Source of the DNA: the human T2T-CHM13v2.0 reference genome, Homo sapiens
NCBI RefSeq assembly: GCF_009914755.1
Contig: NC_060936.1
Direction: 5' to 3' (one strand)
Length of the DNA stretch: 64,000 bases
How positions within the stretch are numbered: position 1 is the first letter of the stretch; every line of letters begins with the position of its first letter. This document shows, in pieces, positions 55,950 through 64,000 of this stretch. The translations under genes and the position numbers were made by a program. The notes below the pieces were generated by a model. The model saw nothing but the letters and a program-made list of their open reading frames with translations. It made no database searches and had not been told where the DNA came from.

Positions 55950-56484
55950 GTAGAAACAATTCTGGGATTTGTGGGGAGTTGGTTTCTTGGCACCTTTTCA
56001 TAAGCGTTACCTGTGCTGTTTTTGTTATGTTTAGAATTGGGAAATATGAGTAATGTTATGATTAATTCTTCAGCAGCGTGATCAGTCACTGTGCTAAAAT
56101 GTAACCATCTTATTTCAGTTGTTCTTAGATCTAACAAGTTAAAACAGGTGCAGTTTATGTTTTTAATTCTTTAAACTTTAGCCAAGTCTGTACTTCAAAG
56201 TATACTCTGACAGTATTAAAAATAAAAGGATAATTGTAAAAGAGAAATCATTGATTTAGAAGCTTCAGTTCAACCCCTGGTGAATTTTCTAGTCATGAAT
56301 GACAATGAGCTTGGTTACACTGTGTTTGGAGTACATTTAAGTGTCTTTAAGTTGTGATATTATGAATAACTGTATATAGGAAACTGGAATCTGTTAAAGT
56401 TCTAGATAGTCTAATTTTAAACCACAGATTATTAGACAATGTGTCTTCATATCCTGTTTGAAAATAAAGTTAGTGTTTTTAGAA

Positions 56485-56795
56485 TTTTTTTTTTTTTTTT
56501 GAGATGGCCTCTCGCTCTGTTGCCCAGGCTGGAGTGCAGTGGTGTGATCTTGGCTTGGCGTGATCTTGGCTCACCACTACCTCCGCCTCCTGGATTCAGG
56601 TGATTCTCCTGCCTCAGCCTCCTGAGTAGCTGGGATTATAGGCGCATGCCACCAAGCCTGGCTAATTTTTGTATTTTTAGTGGAGATGGGGTTTCACCAT
56701 ATTGGCCAGGCTGGTCTCGAACTCCTGACCTCTTGATCCGCCCGCCTCTGCCTCCCAAAGTGCTGGGATTACAGGCATGAGCCACCATGCCCGGG
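56485..56795 (-). mobile_element. AluS with a small internal duplication (gtgatcttggct x2)
   Basis: TSD agtgttttt. Confidence 0.9.
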
Positions 56796-57409
56796 CAGTG
56801 TTTTTCAAAATCTTGGAAGATGATCTAGACTATTGGCTATGACTTCAGTTAGGTATCCACCATCTTCAGATAGGTATATGACTTCAGATAGATATTTAGT
56901 GTATTTGCTAAATAATCCCAGATCGATTCTTATCTATCTTACTTTCAATGATCGAAGAGAAAGAGTTGATGATACCATGTGGATTTACTGTCTTAATATA
57001 AATATTTTTTAAAGGTTGCAGTGAAATAGATAATTTAAGAATAGATAAGTAGTTTTGCTTTATAGAAGAAACATAAAGCATATGATGTAGATTAGCTTTT
57101 TTTCTTTAAAGAAAAATAAGAACATAATTTGGTGGAAAAAAGGAATGAGGAGGAAAAGAAAGAATAAAAACCTCATAGTCTTAGAAGACAAGAATCTTCC
57201 AATAAGGAAGAATGAAGAAGGAACCTAAACTGTTTCATGTAATATTTTTATCTGTACAATTTGGGGCTTTGTTAAAAATGGGAGATTTTAGCTGACATGT
57301 TTGTCATTTTTCTTATAACTTACACTTTTTCTATTTTAGTTATGTTTCATTTTGTTATGATGTCAGCTCCATTCTACCTCACAGAGATATTTGGGTATAA
57401 AATCATGAG

Positions 57410-58020
57410 ATGCAGTAGTGGCTAAGGCTTTGGCTCTAGAGTCATGTTTACTGAGTTTGGACTTCCATCTTTACCACTTACTATGAGTCGCGTGATCCTG
57501 GGAACGTATTCAACTTCCTTACACTTCACTTTTCACGTCTGTAAGGTGAAGAGAATAGTAGTGCTTAACTCATAAGTTTGTTGTTAGAATTAAACTCGTT
57601 TATTTACTGCCAGTGTCTGGCACATAGTAAAGTCTTTGTACATTCGTCATTGTTATCATTTTATAATTCTTCTAATAAAATCAACTAATGCATATACTGT
57701 TGAGATGTTAAGAGAACATAGTATTTAGATGATCTGCATTTTCTTACTTTTATTAAGCTAAACTTAGGTTTATTCAGGGAATTATAAATATGAAATCATC
57801 TAGATAATGTTACCTGCAAAGTTATTCATTTATAGCTTTATTTTAAAAATTTTTTGTGGGTGCATAGTAGGTATATATATTTATGGGGTATGTGAGATAT
57901 TTAATACAGGCATACAATGTGAAAATAAATTATGGAGAATGGCGGTATCCATCCCCTCAATCGTGTATCCTTTGAGTTACAAACAATCCAATTACACTCT
58001 TTAAGTTATTTTAAAATGTA
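57410..58020. mobile_element. MIR (+, 57410-57660) and L1MA-like 3' end (-, 57835-58020)
   Basis: MIR core; tgggtgcatagtaggtatatatatttatggggta L1MA end. Confidence 0.7.
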
Positions 58021-58789
58021 ATAGCTTTATTAATCGTTTTTCACTTCAGTAGCTTGAGTGCATGCAATACAGCAAAAGGGTCAGAAGAGGGCGCCAGTGT
58101 TCTAGAGGTCAGCCGCACTTCCAAGTTTGCTACTGTAATAGCTTTGGATGGAGGTGGCAGGTGTACAAACCAGAGAACCAAGCAGTTGGTTAATGATAAT
58201 GCAAACATTTAAAAGCTTGTCACAGTCTAATAAATGACTTTTCCCCCTTGGCAATCCATGCTTCTCTTTGTACCCCCCTCAAATAATATTCTTATTAGCC
58301 AGGTCTCACCCAGATGGGCTTGTGATTGGTTTCTTGTACCATAGAGAATAGATTGTATTTATTGTCATTCATGAATGGTTTTTAGTTTTTAGCCATTGCA
58401 GGAGTAGCTGAGTCTCAGTGATTATTTCTGTAAGTTACTAGGGCCACTGCGCAAATAGAACCATCTCATCATAAAAGATAAAAGAATGAAAGCTAACTTT
58501 CTTTGGAATTTGGGATGATTTTAAGAATGTAATATGTCTATTTATTAGCATTGCTTAAAAAATTACTCTGGTGGCACTTGACAAGAGTCACCTTTTCCAA
58601 TGTAACTTGCCAGTGTTAGAGCCCAGTAAAAGGCAGTTTATACCAGCTCTTTGAAAGTTTTCATGTGTTTCTATAATTTGCTCTTAGTTGATTTCATCTT
58701 TTCTGCAGCTATCCCAGACTTCGATCTAACACTCGGATTACTAAATTAAGTATATATGAAAAAAGAACATGGAGCATGGAGTTTTTCTT

Positions 58790-59425
58790 TCATTTTTATT
58801 TTTAGAGATAGAATCTTACTCTGTCACCCAAGCTGGAGTGCAGTGGCATGATTATATTAATAGCTCATTGCAGCCTGGAACTCCTGGGATCAAACGCTTC
58901 TCCTGCCTCAGCCTCCTGAGTAGCCAAGACTTATAGGCATGTGCCACCACACCTGGCTAATTTTTAAAACTTTTTGCAGAGACAGAGTCTCACTGTGTTG
59001 CCTAGGCTGGTCTGGGACTCCTGAGCTCAAGCAATCCTCCTGCCTCTGCCTCCCAAAGTGCTCGGATTACAGGCGTGAGCCACTGTGCCTAGCCTGGAGT
59101 TTAAAAAATTTTAAAAATCCTTTAAGGAAAACAGTTACATGTGAAAAGATCTGTTTGTTTTTTGTTTTGTTTTGTTTTTTTTGGTTTTTTTTTCCCTATT
59201 CAGGGTACATGGACTAAGGCCCTCTGGTGTTATACAAGGTACAGTATATATGGAATCGCTCCCGTTTTGTAACCATCTCTTTTAATCTGATGACTTTCAC
59301 AGAGGTGGTCTGGATTTAGTAATATAGTGGTTAAAAGCATGGTCTTTGGTGTCAGACATAGGCTTGAAAACCAGCCCTCTACCTTTACTAGTTGTGTGAC
59401 CTTAGAGGAGTTACTTTACTTCTTC

Positions 59426-59474
<49 letters not shown>

Positions 59475-60194
59475 TGGAGTTTTGCTCTTGTTGCCCAGGC
59501 TGGAGTGCAATAGCACAATCTTGGCTCACCACAACCTCGCCTCCTGGGTTCAAGCGATTCTCCTGCCACAGCCTCCCGAGTAGCTGGGATTATAGGCATG
59601 TGCCACCACACCTGGCTAATTCTGTATTTTTAGTAGAGATGGGGTTTCTCCCTGTTGGTCAGGCTGGTCTCGAACTCCCGACCTCAGGTGATCTGTCCTC
59701 CTCAGCCACCCAAAGTGCTGGGATTACAGGTGTGAGCCACCGCATCCATTCAGGAGTTACTTTACTTCTTTAAGCCTCCATTTCCTCATCTATAAAATGA
59801 GGATAATGATAATAACAACTTCCTAAGGTTTTTATGACTAGGTGTTTAATTCTGTTCTCATCTGAATATGGAGGGACATTTTTTTATTAATTTATTATTT
59901 TTTTTTTGCGACAAGGTTTCACTTTGTCATTCAGGCTGTAGTGCAGTGCCTTGATCATAGCTCACTGTAACCTTGAACTTCTGGGCTCAGGTGATCCTCC
60001 CACTTCAGCATCTTGAGTAGCTAGGACTACAGATGCAGGCCACCTCTCCTGGCTGATTTTTTAATTTGTATTTTTTGTAGAGACAGGGTCTCACTATGTT
60101 GCCCAGGATGTTCTTGAACTCCTGGCTTCAAGCAGTCCTCCTGCCTCAGCCCCCAAAGCACAAGAATTATAGGCAGGAGCCACTGTGTCCAGCC
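58790..60194 (-). mobile_element. Three antisense Alus (58790-59095; 59428-59750 with (TG)n tail inside a MIR; 59880-60194)
   Basis: 19-bp TSD aggagttactttacttctt around the middle copy. Confidence 0.88.
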
Positions 60195-61542
60195 ATGGAG
60201 GGAAATTTAAATTCAGTGGGTTAAAAAATTTCGAAACACCTTACAGTTTATAGCACTTTGATTTGATTTGATCTTTATTGTTTTATTTGCTCTTCATAGT
60301 AATGGCATGGGTTAGACAAGATAATTATTGTTGTTTTGCTTTTATAATTGAGAATTTTGTGAACTGCTTATTAGCATACCACTTTTGACTGGCACTTGAG
60401 GCTACTCTCACTAGTAACACTGGGACTTTTGATATATCATTTACAGTATTCTCAAGAATTAAAGTTCTTTTCTTGTTCCAAAATTGTGATGCTATACTAG
60501 GGACCTACCATTAAATGTATTTTCAGGATGAATTCTCAATGTGCAGAGCAGAGCTGATTGTATCAATAAGCCAAAATAATGTACACCTTACTGCTTCAAA
60601 GTAGTACAGGTTTTTCCCCTTCTCCAGGAAATTGTGTTTTGGAATTCTGTTTATTATAGGTAAGGAATATAATCTATATCTTAGTAATAGTAAGAGGAAG
60701 TGGTTCTTTTTTTTGGAGGTGCTCAGGAGATCAGCATCTAGCACAAGGTGAGGACCTGCCCTTGCTCTAGGATGTTTTGGCACTAGGCACTAGAGCTAGG
60801 ATGCTGTTGTTTGACGTGCACCCTCTGCTTGCAGTCCCAGCCCAGTTCTGACTTCTTCAGCATACTAAGAGTTAGTAATACATTCTTAGAACTAGAGGGC
60901 ATTTTTAGAGATCATCCAGTCTTTCCGTAATTTAAAGAATATGTATGATAATATCTAACCTGAGTCTTGTACCATGGAGGGTTTGTATACTTTCATTTTC
61001 CCAGTTAATTCTTAGAGTAACCTTCTAAGAAATAAGAATTGTTGTAACATTTTACAGATGGGGAGTTAAAACTTAGAGAGACTGAGGTTACATGACCTAG
61101 TGCCCGATCGATTCAAACCCGCAAACTTGCGTTCTTGATCATAACGCTGCAATTCCTCCCTGTGCAGAGAGAATATAGTGACATGCTGAAGGCCTATACA
61201 ACTACTTGGTATTAGTTTTGGGACTGGAATTCATCATTTCTGACTTCGCTAATTATGATGTGCATAGACGACCATGACTCTTGTTTGATTGGTAGGTTGA
61301 GGACTAGCCACAAAGAAAGATGGGGAGAAGAAGAAACAATTCATGTTGGTAGAGAGGAGAAAAGGATTTAGGTTGATGGAATTACATAGCCTCAGAAAGA
61401 GATAGGCATCTTTTGTGACGAGACTGTGAAAGAAGAGAAAGATGTATTGATTGATCTCTTCATTCAACACGGTTTTGGGAGTACCTGCTGAGAACCCTTC
61501 TGAGCACTGGGGATACAGTGGCAAATGAAACAAAGGCTGGTG

Positions 61543-63002
61543 ATCTCTATCTCTATCTCTATCTGTGTCTCTATCTCTATCTCTATCTCTATCTCTATCT
61601 GTGTCTCTATCTCTATCTCTATCTCTATCTCTATCTGTGTCTCTATCTCTATCTCTATCTCTATCTCTATCTCTATCTCTATCTGTGTCTCTATCTCTAT
61701 CTCTATCTCTATCTGTGTCTCTATCTCTATCTCTATCTCTATCTCTATCTGTGTCTCTATCTCTATCTCTATCTCTATCTCTATCTGTGTCTCTATCTCT
61801 ATCTCTATCTCTATCTCTATCTGTGTCTCTATCTCTATATCTCTATCTCTATCTCTATCTGTGTCTCTATCTCTATCTCTATCTCTATCTCTATCTCTAT
61901 CTGTGTCTCTATCTCTATCTCTATCTATCTCTATCTCTATCTCTATCTCTATCTCTATCTGTGTCTCTATCTCTATCTCTATCTCTATCTCTATCTCTAT
62001 CTGTGTCTCTATCTCTATCTCTATCTCTATCTCTATCTCTATCTGTGTCTCTATCTCTATCTCTATCTGTATCTCTATCTCTATCTCTATCTCTATCTCT
62101 ATCTGTGTCTCTATCTCTATCTCTATCTATCTCTATCTCTATCTCTATCTCTATCTCTATCTGTGTCTCTATCTCTATCTCTATCTCTATCTCTATCTGT
62201 GTCTCTATCTCTATCTCTATCTCTATCTCTATCTCTATCTCTATCTCTATCTCTATCTGTGTCTCTATCTCTATCTCTATCTCTATCTCTATCTGTGTCT
62301 CTATCTCTATCTCTATCTCTATCTCTATCTGTGTCTCTATCTCTATCTCTATCTCTATCTCTATCTCTATCTCTATCTCTATCTGTGTCTCTATCTCTAT
62401 CTCTATCTCTATCTGTGTCTCTATCTCTATCTCTATCTATCTCTATCTCTATCTCTATCTCTATCTCTATCTCTATCTGTGTCTCTATCTCTATCTCTAT
62501 CTCTATCTCTATCTCTATCTGTGTCTCTATCTCTATCTCTATCTCTATCTCTATCTGTGTCTCTATCTCTATCTATCTCTATCTCTATCTCTATCTCTAT
62601 CTCTATCTGTTTCTCTATCTCTATCTCTATCTCTATCTGTGTCTCTATCTCTATCTCTATCTGTGTCTCTATCTCTATCTCTATCTGTGTCTCTATCTCT
62701 ATCTCTATCTCTATCTGTGTCTCTATCTCTATCTCTATCTGTGTCTCTATCTCTATCTCTATCTCTATCTCTATCTCTATCTGTGTCTATTGATATATCT
62801 GTATATATCTATCTAAATCTCTATCTCTATCTCTATCTGTGCCTATTGATATATCTGTATATATCTATCTCTATCTCTATCTCTATCTCTATCTCTATCT
62901 CTATCTGTGCCTATTGATATATCTGTATATATCTATCTAAATCTCTATCTCTATCTCTATCTGTGCCTATTGATATATCTGTATATATCTATCTAAATCT
63001 CT
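61543..63002. repeat. Compound (CTCTAT)n array with CTGTGT interruptions, ending in longer composite units; within an L2-like fragment
   Basis: Hexamer array to ~62785, then ctattgatatatctgtatatatctatct... units (four copies). Confidence 0.97.
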
Positions 63003-63398
63003 GAAACAGCTGCTCAGAGTAAAAGAGGACTGGGTGCTATGAAAAGAGATAGGGCTTAGAATCTTTTTCAGATGAATGTGTTTCTCTCACTGTTGTATGT
63101 GGGTTGTTGAGTTATGGGGTAGGGGTTGGGGGTGGGTGCTGCAGGGTGACACTGGTATGATATTCAAGTCTGCTTGTGAAGGTAGACTGGCTTTGGAGTG
63201 CTCCTTCCCCTTTCAGCATCCTCTCTATACCTGGGGCAGAGCATTTGTTCTAGCAGCGGTACAGATGATCATACCAGAGGCGTTCTGATCTGGGAGGCTT
63301 GCTTCCTGCCACAACCACTCCCCCAGCTCCAGCTGGTGAGATGGCACTGCTTACGGTGGTGATGGGGTAATGTCTTGTTTGTGGGAAGATGTAGATAC

Positions 63399-63500
63399 TG
63401 ATAAGCTTAAGAAGTTACATTAAGTTACTTAAGAAGATAATGATAAGCTTAAGAAAATACAGTTACTTAAGAAGATAATGATAAGCTTAAGAAAATACAA
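63399..63500. repeat. Short 38-bp tandem duplication (agttacttaagaagataatgataagcttaagaaaatac), ~2.5 copies
   Basis: Directly visible. Confidence 0.8.
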
Positions 63501-64000
63501 GCATAAGTATGGCTCTTAATACGCTAGAAAAATCAAAATGGAATGTATAAGTTTCAAACCGTCAGAGTAAAACCCAGTTTACCCAGTGGAGAATAGAGAA
63601 GAATGGGGAGGGGAGAGAAAGAAATGTGATAGCATGTGGACACCATGAAAAAGAAGGCTGAGATAAGTACAAATCATGGGAAAGTCAATAAATACAAATA
63701 AGTACTTAGATCAAAATGAAAATATACATCTCAGTTGGGCTAAAAAGATACAGAAAGATACTGTCAACAAGAGTTAAACAGACAAAAAGTAACAGCAAAG
63801 TTAAAAATACAGAGATAGAAAAAAATTTAAAAATAAAAGTTATATCAGGAAAATAGGCCTTCCCAAATATGATTTATTTTAATATTGATTAAATTATCTT
63901 TTAAGGCACACAGAGCAATGTTATATGCTGATAAAAGAAACAGTAGATCAAGAAAATATAACCGTGCCGATCGATGCACCTAACAGCATGGCATTTAAAT

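Noticed and set aside
61518-62917. ORFs of 422-450 aa (poly-LY/SI/SL)
   Set aside because: Artefact of a hexamer repeat with no stop codons.

Overview
Human (primate) genomic DNA from inside the ERC1 gene (ELKS / RAB6IP2 / CAST2, 12p13.33), transcribed on the + strand. The gene is recognised from the translated exons. Five internal coding exons are present, all phase 0: 24928-25344, 44665-44739, 50106-50261, 52131-52214 and 55782-55949 (my numbering exons 3-7, from recall of the gene). Spliced together they give part of the ELKS coiled coil, HMQMTIQALQDELRIQ...AAILQTE. The rest is intron, densely filled with about 45 Alus (mostly antisense), old L1/L2/MIR fragments, two THE1 (MaLR) solo LTRs and Tigger/Charlie/MER DNA transposons. 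There are three unusually long tandem arrays: 47 bp x ~23, an Alu-junction-derived 68 bp x ~60 (4.1 kb), and a 1.4 kb (CTCTAT)n array. Main leads: (1) an 81-bp, ~89% identical duplicate of the exon-3 splice acceptor 1.65 kb upstream, ending exactly at the AG; (2) just upstream of it, a sense THE1 LTR with an intact DUX4-type motif and a tandemly duplicated splice donor / poly(A) signal, a candidate internal promoter for N-truncated ELKS; (3) the 28-codon cassette exon, which has no polypyrimidine tract, starts with a donor-like GTAGAA and has two competing 5' splice sites; (4) a cluster of RFX X-box motifs after exon 3. All functional claims are untested inference. Repeat boundaries and subfamilies were assigned by eye.
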